A stretch of 49,945 nucleotides of DNA from Craspedostauros australis (Eukaryota). Positions 33,454 through 44,000 of the stretch are shown here, piece by piece (positions within the stretch are counted from its first letter, which is position 1; the number at the start of each line of letters is the position of its first letter). The position numbers were made by a program, and so were the translations under genes. The notes under the pieces are model-generated. The model searched no databases. It had not been told where the DNA came from and saw only the letters and a list, made by a program, of their open reading frames with translations. The stretch spans positions 1 to 49,945 of the forward strand of contig JALAGF010005131.1 in the NCBI GenBank assembly GCA_030167865.1, in the 5' to 3' direction.

Positions 33454-35784
33454 CTATGCTTGGATTGTGGCCTCGCCACCGCTATCAGATTTGTCGGAAC
33501 TTGTGTCCATGTTATCGCTGCTTTTCCCGACCGCGTCGTCGTTTGATTGGGAGTCGTCAGCGCTTGGCTGTTCATCGCCTTCCTCCTCTTCCACAATTGG
33601 TTGGGGGTGGTCCACGTCAAAGTCGGTCTTGGCCGTGGGGTCTGACACGAATGCGTCTGGGTTGTCGTTCTTGTTCGTAGCTGCCTTCGATATGGCTTGA
33701 GCCACATGACTCGCCTGTTGAGCTGGGGAGGCTGTGGCGAACGTGCCCACAGTGTAATTGTCCCCGTTCTGTGTTCTTGGGTTTGTTGTGAGCTCCACTT
33801 CGAAATGAAGAAGCGGGACGGGCTTCATCTTGCCTGCCTTGTCCACGTATCCTTCCCATCCCATCTCAGCTGGAGTCATGCCTGCGGCCTCTTCAGCATC
33901 CAGGTCCAAGAATCTGGGACCGGCTTGAACCATTTGTCCCATTTCTTGTTCTTCCTTACTGAGAACGAGCCCTGTCTCCCAGTCCACGTCATAGTGCTCG
34001 TTCTGAGCCCACGCATGGGGGGTGAACCATCCTTGGCAGCGGTAGTCCAGTTTCTTGTAACAGAAGAACGGCAGCTTCGAGATCAGCTCCTGTGCTTCGA
34101 CTCTCCGTTTCGGGTGAAAGACGAAGAAAGTTTGAGACCAATCGCTTCTATCCGTATCGACAGACACGAACAGGGAGTAGTCCGGGTCGTCGAACGACCT
34201 GAGATTCATGATCACTTTGCGGAGAGTCAATCTCCAGATGGGGATCTCCACATCCAACTGCATGATGGAGTGTACTCCTTGGACCTTCATCTCTTTCTCG
34301 AACTCTCGTTGGTGTGCCGCCATCTTGCTCAGGCTGGCCAATTCGGATGGGGGGTGCTCGAACCTGGCATCCATCGCGTCCGGCATGAATCGCATCTGTT
34401 TGCCCAACAGTCGCACGGTCTCCGACCGGTTATTGAAGAGCTCCTTCATTGCGACTCGGCACATTTGTGTCTTCGTGGACCCGCTCATCACATGGGGGGC
34501 GCGGGGTCGACTGCAATAGTCACTTGTGTCTTTTGGACGGTTCCTTTTGCTGACCAGTTGTATCTCCTTCATTCGCAGCTGAACCTTGAAGTTCCCCTTC
34601 ACCAGATTGCTCGTATTAATGACCTCTGCCAGATCGTCGTTGTTGGTAGTACTGTGACTCCCGAACAACCACCCTGCCGTCACAATGTTGTGCTCTTGGA
34701 TGACTGACTTGGAGAACGTGATAGCTGCCATCTGTAGAGTGCCGTCGTCGTCGAATACTTCCACGTCAGCCTTGTGGGCCACCCAGATCCTTGTGTACGT
34801 GCTGAACCCGGTGCGTGCGTACAAGCTCTCCGTGAACTGTTTGACCGTCTCTCGGGCGGTCCATGGGACGTCCTTGGACGTCCATGGTCGCATCTCTTTG
34901 ATCTTTCTCCAGGCAACTATCTGTGCTTTGGGATCAGCCCGGAAGATGAAGGCCCTTACTTTGTTGAGTCCTTCAATGACTTGGTTGATTAGAGGGTCGT
35001 TGGATTCCCTCGCCATTGGCAGGCGGATGTCGAAAAAGGTCTTGTGGAATTTGCTTAGGACGTCATTCACACTGAGGAGCTGTGCTGGCTTAGGCGCTTT
35101 CCTTGGAAATGCCACGACCTTGCGTCTTGATTTGCGTTGCTTCTTCTTTTTCTTTGGGTTAGGGGATGTTGTCGTCTCTTCCTCTCCGTCGAACTCGATG
35201 CCCTTGGAACGCATGAACACAATCCGAGCCGCCACCCATGCTGCCGTCTCGTGCGTAGACTTGATGCTACCGGCTTCCCACAGTCTGGGGAAGATGTTGG
35301 GGGTTGCCACCAGTCGCACCATGAGTTCCACGATGTTGATGTTGTTATCTGGGTGAAGCTTATTGTCGTAAGCGTCTTGGAATGCGTCGATCCACTCTTC
35401 GAGGGTCACGCCTCGGTTGATGTCTTGTGCTCCTTCCTTGAGGTGGGCAATGGTTTCATCGAGTGCCCCGTCCTCGCCGGTGGCCGCAGTGAAGGGTTCG
35501 GCGTCGCGCGTCAAAAGATTTCTTTCAAGGAGAATGTCTCCCCACGATTTCTCATGGTCATGGCTCCAAATCCAACGGATGTCACCCGACCTCGTGTTGT
35601 TTTTTGCTCCCTTTTTTTTGCTCACTTCTCTGGCCTGTTTCCGGCCTCCTCCTCCATGCCCCGCTGCGGCCTTGGTACCATTGTGACGGCCTCCTCGTCC
35701 TGATCGTCCCTGTGCCCTCTGCTGACCTCGGGGGTGCTTGGGGCTGGCTCCGCTGGAGGTGTTTGTTGCGTCGGTGCGCACCAT
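33454..35784 (-). CDS. LINE ORF1, 776 aa, basic N-terminus, no domain recognised
   Basis: First ATG inside the element boundary is at 35784; the upstream part of the computed ORF crosses the TSD and is spurious. Confidence 0.8.
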   Translation of the reverse strand: MVRTDATNTSSGASPKHPRGQQRAQGRSGRGGRHNGTKAAAGHGGGGRKQAREVSKKKGAKNNTRSGDIRWIWSHDHEKSWGDILLERNLLTRDAEPFTAATGEDGALDETIAHLKEGAQDINRGVTLEEWIDAFQDAYDNKLHPDNNINIVELMVRLVATPNIFPRLWEAGSIKSTHETAAWVAARIVFMRSKGIEFDGEEETTTSPNPKKKKKQRKSRRKVVAFPRKAPKPAQLLSVNDVLSKFHKTFFDIRLPMARESNDPLINQVIEGLNKVRAFIFRADPKAQIVAWRKIKEMRPWTSKDVPWTARETVKQFTESLYARTGFSTYTRIWVAHKADVEVFDDDGTLQMAAITFSKSVIQEHNIVTAGWLFGSHSTTNNDDLAEVINTSNLVKGNFKVQLRMKEIQLVSKRNRPKDTSDYCSRPRAPHVMSGSTKTQMCRVAMKELFNNRSETVRLLGKQMRFMPDAMDARFEHPPSELASLSKMAAHQREFEKEMKVQGVHSIMQLDVEIPIWRLTLRKVIMNLRSFDDPDYSLFVSVDTDRSDWSQTFFVFHPKRRVEAQELISKLPFFCYKKLDYRCQGWFTPHAWAQNEHYDVDWETGLVLSKEEQEMGQMVQAGPRFLDLDAEEAAGMTPAEMGWEGYVDKAGKMKPVPLLHFEVELTTNPRTQNGDNYTVGTFATASPAQQASHVAQAISKAATNKNDNPDAFVSDPTAKTDFDVDHPQPIVEEEEGDEQPSADDSQSNDDAVGKSSDNMDTSSDKSDSGGEATIQA

Positions 35785-37623
35785 GGTCGATGTTTTTTCT
35801 GCGGTAGTAATTGTACACGTTCTACGTAAATTTTTTAGTACCGGTCCTACGTACGTCTTCTCGGTGGAAGGGTCACACGGACTATAGAGAACCCGATGTA
35901 GTAAGTGGGCCAAAGGTGTCTGGAGGTATAATACGTACGACCTGGTCATCCGACTATGATGGTTGGCAGAAGACCAAGACGTTCCCACGGGGCTGCTTCT
36001 GCATCCCATGAGCAATGCGTAGTTAACTGCAATGCTGCGCTCACAAACCACAAGATGAATGAGATTACTAGACATGTACCAGTGTGGTATTCACTGGTCC
36101 TGTTCGCTGATCCTGGTCGAGTACACGAATATGTTAGAGTATTACCGTAATAATACAAACGTAAGTATCTTTATATACAAACATCACCGCTACTTACAAT
36201 AACAACTATTTACGTACCATCATCATCATCTTCGGACAAATCAATCGAATCGTGTTCGGTGTTTTTTGGAGGGGCTTTAATGATTGTTCATGCCGGATAT
36301 GGAGTACAGCGAACATTTGTGTCCTCCGTGTCGCCGTGGAAGCGATTGTTGTTCTCCTTTCTCTGTTTCTCGTTGTGTCCGATTCTGATTGATTTCTCCT
36401 TCTGTGTGGACACGGTCGTTCGTGCCAAACAGTTCGCGCGCACAACTGGAACCTCATCCGCTCCCAGCCTTCACAGCAGCCTTCCGATCAGAGAGCAGGG
36501 TGTTCGTACGTGTGCGAGGTACGAGTACGACCGGTGGTATGTGTGGTTCTGTTGCAGAACGCGCTGCGCTGTTGGAGCAGAAATGTAGCTCTCATTCACG
36601 AACAAAGATACTCTCCAGCGTCCATCACGTCGGTAGAACTTCCCCACGGGCGGCATCGACCGCAATTGACACTATCCCCCGAACCACGAAACACTTCATC
36701 GGGGTTATTTGTGGTTCTGGGGAGGACGCCAGCCGCCTTCTCGGTGCTTCAGAAGTGGTCTCGTTGATAGAAGGGTTGGCGAAGAAGCCAGAGCAACCAT
36801 ACCATGGAGGCAGCGCGCGCTGCATCCTGTCGCGATCGCCTGCTTCTCCTCTCCCCTTGTCGTGTCCGTACGCGTCAATTGCCATTTCCCTCTTGGACCT
36901 CGTTCACAATGCCAACCATGCGCATCTCTGCGCGTGCACGTCCCGCGATCACAGGCACGGTACCAATACGGTGGTTGCACAGCACAGCACAGCACAGCAC
37001 ATCACACCACACCACATGCACTCTTGACTGGCCACCATCCGCCGCTCTATTTTCGTGGCCATTCCCTCCTTGTGCATCTGTTTCTTGTGTTCTGCGTCTG
37101 CCGAAGACGTTCTCGCTTCACCGACTTCTTCGTCCACTCGACTCCGCTCCACCCCGAATTCACTCCAAGAGACACCATCGCCATCAATGCTGCCACGATA
37201 ATACTAATTCTACGAACAACACGAGCAGATACCATACGACCCCTCATCTACGAGCTGAGCTCTTGTGTTTCCAACCATTGCTCGTAACAAAAAAGGTCAG
37301 GCATCTTGACACAACTGTACACTATTCACCACCGCAGCTCAACACAATCACGTCGCATCACATCACAATACAAAGTCGTAGGTAAACGATCACAGTGTCA
37401 TCCCGACGTCCACTTTCACATTCACTTTCACATTCAGACCCACGCTGACAATCCAACAGTGCCATCGCACAAGCATCCGGAACAACAGCCATAATTTCGC
37501 GAAACATCAGAAATCATCCGCATTCCATCAATCTCTCACACATCCTTCAGTCCATCAAGGTAACAGCATCAGCAGCACCATCAGTGACAGCAGCAGCAGC
37601 AGTAACAGCAACACATTTTCATC

Positions 37624-38472
37624 ATGATTCCAGCCATCGACGGAATTCGCAGGGTCGCCGTGGTCACAGGCAGCAACCAAGGCATCGGCTACTTCATCGC
37701 CCTGCAGCTGGCCATGTCCGGGAGGTTCCAGGACGTCGTGCTTGCATGCCGCAATGAGAGCCGCGCGATGCAGGCCGTCGCATCGATGCAGCCAAAGCTC
37801 ACGGCTGACACGAACGGCGCCTGCTGCGTCTCCTATGAGACCTTGGAACTTGGCAACAGCACCAGCCACCAGCAGTTCGTCAAGAGGATGGAGGAGAACT
37901 TCGGCAAGGTCGATTGCTTGGTCAACAACGCTGCCATGGCCTTCAAGACCACCGATCCCACACCGCACGAGGAGCAGTGCACGCCCACTCTGGATATCAA
38001 CTTTCGTGGCACGGTGGACTTCACGGAGAAGATGCTGCCGCTGATCCGCAAGGGTGAGGATGCCCGCATCGTCAACCTCTCCTCGTCCACGGCGCGGTTG
38101 GATCAGGTCTCGCCAGAATTGCAGAAGCGGTTCTCGTCGGACGATCTCACTATGGAGGACTTGCGGAAGATGATGGACGCGTACGAGCGGGATGTCAAGG
38201 ATGGCACGTATGCAGAGAAAGGCTGGTCCAACACGAACTACGGAATGAGCAAGCTTGCGATCACGGCTGCCACCAGGGTCCTGGCAAGGGCAGAGGCTGG
38301 GAATGGTATCACTGTCAATTGCTGCGATCCCGGCTACTGCAAGACCTCCATGACATCACAGCGCGGCACATTCTCACCGGAACAAGGTGCCAGGACAGCC
38401 GTCATGCTTGCCCTCGAACAAGATCTGCCGGACGGTGAATTCTTTGCCAACGAGAAGGTCACCAAGTGGTAG
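37624..38472 (+). CDS. Short-chain dehydrogenase/reductase, carbonyl reductase (CBR1-like)
   Basis: Motifs VTGSNQGIG, LVNNAA, IVNLSS, YGMSK and PGYCKTSM. Confidence 0.92.
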   Translation: MIPAIDGIRRVAVVTGSNQGIGYFIALQLAMSGRFQDVVLACRNESRAMQAVASMQPKLTADTNGACCVSYETLELGNSTSHQQFVKRMEENFGKVDCLVNNAAMAFKTTDPTPHEEQCTPTLDINFRGTVDFTEKMLPLIRKGEDARIVNLSSSTARLDQVSPELQKRFSSDDLTMEDLRKMMDAYERDVKDGTYAEKGWSNTNYGMSKLAITAATRVLARAEAGNGITVNCCDPGYCKTSMTSQRGTFSPEQGARTAVMLALEQDLPDGEFFANEKVTKW

Positions 38473-38630
38473 TATAGTACAAAACCAAGATCAAGATCAA
38501 ACACCAAAATCTGAGGTGAAGCGATGTCAATTGAAGTGAAGCGAAATGAAATGAACGCAGCGAAGTGAAGCACCAATCATGGCGTCAATGCCGCCAAAGC
38601 ATGAAAGGTGGAAGACACTAGGCAGAGAGT

Positions 38631-38654
38631 GAGAGAGAGAGAGAGAGAGAGAGA
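38631..38654. repeat. (GA)12 microsatellite
   Basis: Read directly from the sequence. Confidence 0.9.
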
Positions 38655-38872
38655 CGAAAACCGAGACAAACGGAGGGAAGCACGGCCAAGATGATGCCAC
38701 CAATACCAACGACAGATTCTACTACATGCCATACGCTTCCACGTTTCAAGATTGGATCAAGACCAAAGAGAAGGACAGGATGGTTGGTGAGCTGTACTCT
38801 TGCCTGCTCTCTACCCTCTTCTCACGGGACATATGAGCAGTTTGATAGATTATCATGCATGTGACGTTGACG

Positions 38873-38892
38873 CTCTCTCTCTCTCTCTCTCT
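38873..38892. repeat. (CT)10 microsatellite
   Basis: Read directly from the sequence. Confidence 0.9.
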
Positions 38893-41044
38893 CCCCAGAA
38901 GTTCCGTGGTTCAGCAACAGTATTCAAGTAAAGAGAGCAATGCTTTAGTTGTGCTCTAGTTGATGTAGCATACTTGTACTCATACCCGTGCACCATTGCA
39001 ATCGATCAGCAATCCTCGTACTTGCAGGAGGTATTCTCTGCGATTATCATAGCATATGCTATTTGCGTCTGGGTTGCTCGTGCAATTGGTGACATCATCG
39101 CCGTAATTTGCAAAACGCCGCGAGAACCAACCTGTGGACAGGCTCCGAGGCAGCAGCATGCGGATAGCCACGTCGTTTGCGAAAAAAAAACATCCATTTC
39201 GAGTTGCGAAACCCATGAGCCATCACCCTGCTCGTACGCCCACAACTTGCACGATTACAGAAAGCGTAGAAGCACTCGTCTCTGCGATACTCCCACCAGA
39301 GAGAGAGCGCGTGCACGTAGCTCCAAAACTACGAATAAACGTAGTAGAGAGAGGTGCATACCTGTGCGTACTGTGCTAATACTCTCTCGCGTACTCGGTC
39401 TTGTTCTGTTGCTGGTGCGATAGGTACGAGCTGTGCTACCGTAATCACAGGTGATGTTGTGACCAATAGCATGTCACATGTACGTGCAAGCAAGATGCCT
39501 GACACACACGTTCTCTCCGTACTGAAAAGCAGTTAACACGACCCTGCGAAAACAGAAACGCTACTCTCAAAGCGTTGCACAAAGATACTATACTAGAAAT
39601 GCTGTGCACGGAAAGGGAGTTTCCAGGGACTGCCACTGCGCAAAGGGCCGTCCCACAGCACGCATTCGAGGTACTCTTGCGCGGGCTACGAGGGCGGTGC
39701 CCACCTTTTCGGGAATAAGCTGCCTTTCCCTCGGAGGTCCATGGATGTTGTCCATCGGCCTCACACCCATGTCCGAGAATGGGGTGTGGCTTGTATTCTA
39801 TGTTTTATACATGGACATGGGGTGTCCAGGATTTCGTTTGTTGGTGCCTCCTTTTCTCTCTTCCTTCTTTCTCTCTCTCTCTCTTTCGGTGTCGCCTGCA
39901 CGAGGGGTCTCGCAGTGCAGATTCGCTCCAAACAGCAAGCATCACGTGGTGTAGTGCGGGAAAGGACAGGATAGGAAAGGGTGAGTCTCCGTTGATACAA
40001 TGAATGCTTCCATAAATCTGGAGTGGTATAGGTCGTAAGCATATCTGTATAGTTGTTCAGAGGTGTGTGGAGTAGCCGCATCGTCGGCAGGTAGTGCTCC
40101 TGTGCCAACAGTTATGGTAGTCTACCCTGGGTCGTACATCTATCGCGACCCTTGGTGATGCAATGCTCGCTTGTCTGGTTTCTCGTTCCTTTCCAAGATT
40201 CACAGCATCGAACGTGGTCTTCGGGTGTCTTGATCGTGGCCCGAAATGATGTTTCTGTTTTGGTCGTTCCACGTATCTTTGACAAAGAGAATCTACGTGA
40301 ACACCCGAACGATGATGTCAGCGACACTCACAACAACGCCAACACTGGCAATAGGGAAGGGAGACGATGGCGGCGATCCGCCAGAAAAGAGAACGTGGGT
40401 GCGGAGTACCAATACGGCGCGACCTATCGCCCCCGAGGAGGCTGGTTTGGACACGGTGATGTGTTCGTTCCCTGGTTTTTATCCGGCTGCGCTTCGCAGT
40501 CACAATTACAAGCACGAGACATCGCCCAATCCCATAGTTGTTTCGTTTGTTGTGGTCTTGCATCTCTTCACATTCTCTTCACCGCGAGACCACTCCGACA
40601 AGGGCGACAAGATTCAGCAAACGCGGTACTGCCAAGAGCTATGGTACGACCACTACTACTAATAGATACCCAAGCCACGCAATCACGATGATCTGATGAT
40701 GGTGCCGTGTTGTCTTGCTACTCGTACGATCTACGCCATCTATCTGAACATTCGGGCGATTGCGACTGCAGTGTCACCAGAGTCTCGTGCGCGTACGAGC
40801 TACTCCACAATTTAAGCCAAGCACAGATGTTATACGTAGTAGAGCAGTTGTACTCGATTTCATTCGTCGGACGTCCACTCGAAATGATCTGTTGCCATGT
40901 GATGGATGTGGTGCGGTATCGGGTGATTCTTTGGATTACTATGCTGTCCTTAGTACACGCGTATTACAATATTATTATATGTCGTCTCAATCTGTTACAG
41001 AGCATTCCCCATACCAAACTCGCCAGTGTGCTGTGGTCGACGAG

Positions 41045-44000
41045 CTAATTCTGCTGGAGCTGCTGCCAAATCATCTTCAGTTGATCGAGGTTGCCGCTGC
41101 GAACGAGATCCATGATGTCCGTCTTGTACTTTTCGGCATCCCCGCCTTGCGTCACCAGTAGCTTGCGACGCTTGTTGTTGCCGCTGGTGATGCCCACTTC
41201 CGCCTCAAACTCCGCACTTGCACGCTTGGCCGTCACCAGGACTTCATCAGGCAGACTGGCCAACCGAGCCACGTTGATACCGAAGGACTTGGGGCAGGTG
41301 CCAACGCCCAACGTGTACAGGAAGGTGATGGACTGATCTGTCTTGCCGCCGGCATCGCTCTTCTCCTTCAGGGCAAATCCGTCGTCCGCATCCATATCCG
41401 CGTCATCGTCCATGTCAGCATCAGCATCAGCATCCTCCACCAAGCACTCCATGTGACCAAGACGGACTTCCGGTTCCGCCTTCCATTCATCGAGGAGGGA
41501 ATGGTAATGCGTTGCAAACAACGCCAGGCACTTGCTGCGTTCCACAAGATGCTTCACCGTTGCCCCAGCGATGGCCGTTCCATCGAACGTCGACGTACCA
41601 CGACCCAGTTCGTCCATGATGACCAGACTGCGTCGCGTGGCTCCGCGCAACGCGGCTGCCGTTTCTGCCAGCTCGACGAAGAAGGTCGACTGTCCCAGGA
41701 GGATGCGATCGGACGCACCCAGCCTGGTGTAGATGCAATCGACGGGAGTCAATTCGCAGCATTCGGCCGGGACGAAGCAACCGATCTGGGCGAGGATGGC
41801 GATGAGGCAGGTTTGGCGCAGCAGAGTCGATTTACCTCCCATGTTCGGCCCACTCAGCAGCAGGACGCGGGATTGGTCGATCTCACCTTCCGCCGATCCC
41901 AACGCCAGGTCGTTTGGAATGAACTCGCTGCCGCTGGCCGTGTTCTCCACGCACGGGTGGCGGCCCTGGACCACCTTGATGGATGGGTCGCAGTTGGCGG
42001 GACAATCCACGATGGTGGCACGGCAGTAGCCTGGTCGTGATGCGACCTTGGCCAGCGAACCCAGCGCGTCCAGCAAAGCGGTGGCCTGTGCTGCCGCCGC
42101 CCACTTGGAGCGTTGCTGGTCGAACTTGGCAAAGATGAGCTGCATGCCCTTGGCCTTGCGTTTCTTCTGGATGTCCAGCACGGTCTCGTACTCCTGCATG
42201 AGCTCGGCGACGAAGCTGGAGCGGTACTTGTTGACCTGCTTGGCGCCAGAACCGCGCTTGCCTTTCACAATGAAGTCGTCGGGCACCTGGAGGCTTGCCG
42301 GCAGCTCGATGAGGTACTTGTCCTTCGATTCTGGCTTCACGTTGATGTACTTCCACGCGCTGAGCGCCTTGCTGCTAGGCTGCAGGACGTTGTTGCACAT
42401 CTCATCTTTGTAGTCGTCGAGCTGTGCCTGAATACGCGCCACCTCGTCGCAGGCATTGTCGTATTCGTCATCCATGCCGCGCGTGGGCTCGAACGTCCCC
42501 TTCGCGGCCTTGTCGCAATCGAAGTTCTCGAAGAACCAATCCAGTTCCTCCACCATGTCCGGGAAGCAACCGCCGGCGGTCTTCAGTTGCACGATCTTCT
42601 TGAGCAATCCGCTCTGAATGTCAATGTCAGCGAACAGCTCGGGGATGCGGCATGCCACACGCAGTCCGTTGAGGAGCTTCGAAAAGTCTCCCACCTTGCG
42701 CTTCGTGTACTGATCGCCCTCGTACAGAACTGCACGATCGTTGGGATGGATGGCCGCATCTGCGCTTCCGTTGTCGTTGCCGCTGTTGATCGCTGCGGAA
42801 GTCGCTTGCCATCCGGACAAGCTGTGCACACGCGTGAGCAAGCGTTCGAGGTCACCGATCTTCGATAGCACCTGCTGCTGCGCTTCGTCCAACGGCATGC
42901 TGGCGGCACCAGATTTCAGCTCCTCCACAGCGTCCGCACGACGGTCGATGTCGGCCTTTTGGAACAAGGGACGGAGCAGCCAGGCACGCAGCAAACGCGA
43001 TCCGTGCGGCGTCTTGGTGTGATTGATCTTCGACCACAAGCTGCCCTGCACCTTGTGATCCACGGCATTGGTCAGAATCTCCAGATTGTGCAACGTTGTG
43101 CCGTCTAAAGCCATGTTGTTGATGTGGCTTTCCGGATTGTTCGCTGTTGCAGCTGTCCCCGTGTGAATTTGTGGAATGCCCGACATGATGGATGGCGCCA
43201 CGGATGCTGCCGCCGCCGCTGGTGTCGTTTGTTGTTGAGTCATGGTGTTCGCCTCATGACCCTGGCCGCCTTCGTCACCGACCGAATTCAAATCAAAGTC
43301 GCCTGCTTCGGCTCGGTTTTGTTGCGTCATGATGCGTTCCAGCACAGTCTGCGACTGGGATTGCGACTGCGTCTGAGTGAGCTGCGATGGCTGTCCCATC
43401 GGCAGGGGATCGGTGTCACGGCGTGGTGCCATGACGGATGGTGGAATGTACGCCTTCACTTGCCCCATCGACAAGATCTCACCGTCGATCAGGTTGCGTT
43501 GGAGGTAGTACAGCGCTGCGCCGAAGCTGGAGATACATAGATCGGCGCTGCCTTCGACAGCAGCCTTCAGCACGGACGGCCAACGTGATACCGAAGGCGC
43601 CGTGTTGTGCTGACGCGATGCTCGGGGATAGTATCCGCGACGGTGCAATTCCTTCACGGTGTCCTGGACGTTCCACGGATGGACCTTGCCACGCACGCCA
43701 CGCTCCAGCTGTTTGCGGATGGAAGAATCCAACGCTGTCGATTTGGGGAAGAACTCGTCATGGTTGATGACTTCGACACGGCATGGGCTGATACATGAGT
43801 TCTGATGCGCCTTGAGCACGGAATGCAACGTCGCGGATGCGCTTTGATTGGCGTCGCTGTCTTTGCCCGATCCGTTGCTGCTCTGCGTACTCGCACTTCC
43901 CTGGCTGCTGGTACTGGGATGGCCCTGCACCAAGATTTCGGATGGTGTGTAAGTTGTGAGGAGGGTGTGCATGCGTGAACGGAGCACGTCATCTGCGAAC

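Larger units (their letters stand above)
26443..35887 (-). mobile_element. Full-length non-LTR retrotransposon (Ambal-like LINE), ~8.6 kb excluding the nested insertion
   Basis: 17-bp TSD AGAACCCGATGTAGTAA at 26426-26442 and 35888-35904; (TTA)3 3' tail; two ORFs; empty site at 13459-13475. Confidence 0.93.

Noticed and set aside
35785..36075. N-terminal 97 aa of the computed 873-aa ORF
   Set aside because: It crosses the LINE 5' boundary and TSD into flanking host sequence, so it is a chance open frame.
38631..38892. (GA)12 and (CT)10 as terminal inverted repeats of a MITE
   Set aside because: Simple microsatellites common in this window; no TSD or unique terminal sequence.
39629..39645. 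17-nt minus-strand match to the 5' end of vertebrate U4 snRNA (CTTTGCGCAGTGGCAGT)
   Set aside because: Similarity stops immediately, with no U4 5' stem-loop or Sm site recognised downstream.
36200..41040. Many short computed ORFs in the intergenic stretches either side of the SDR gene
   Set aside because: No recognisable motifs; they overlap in all frames, as expected by chance at this GC content.
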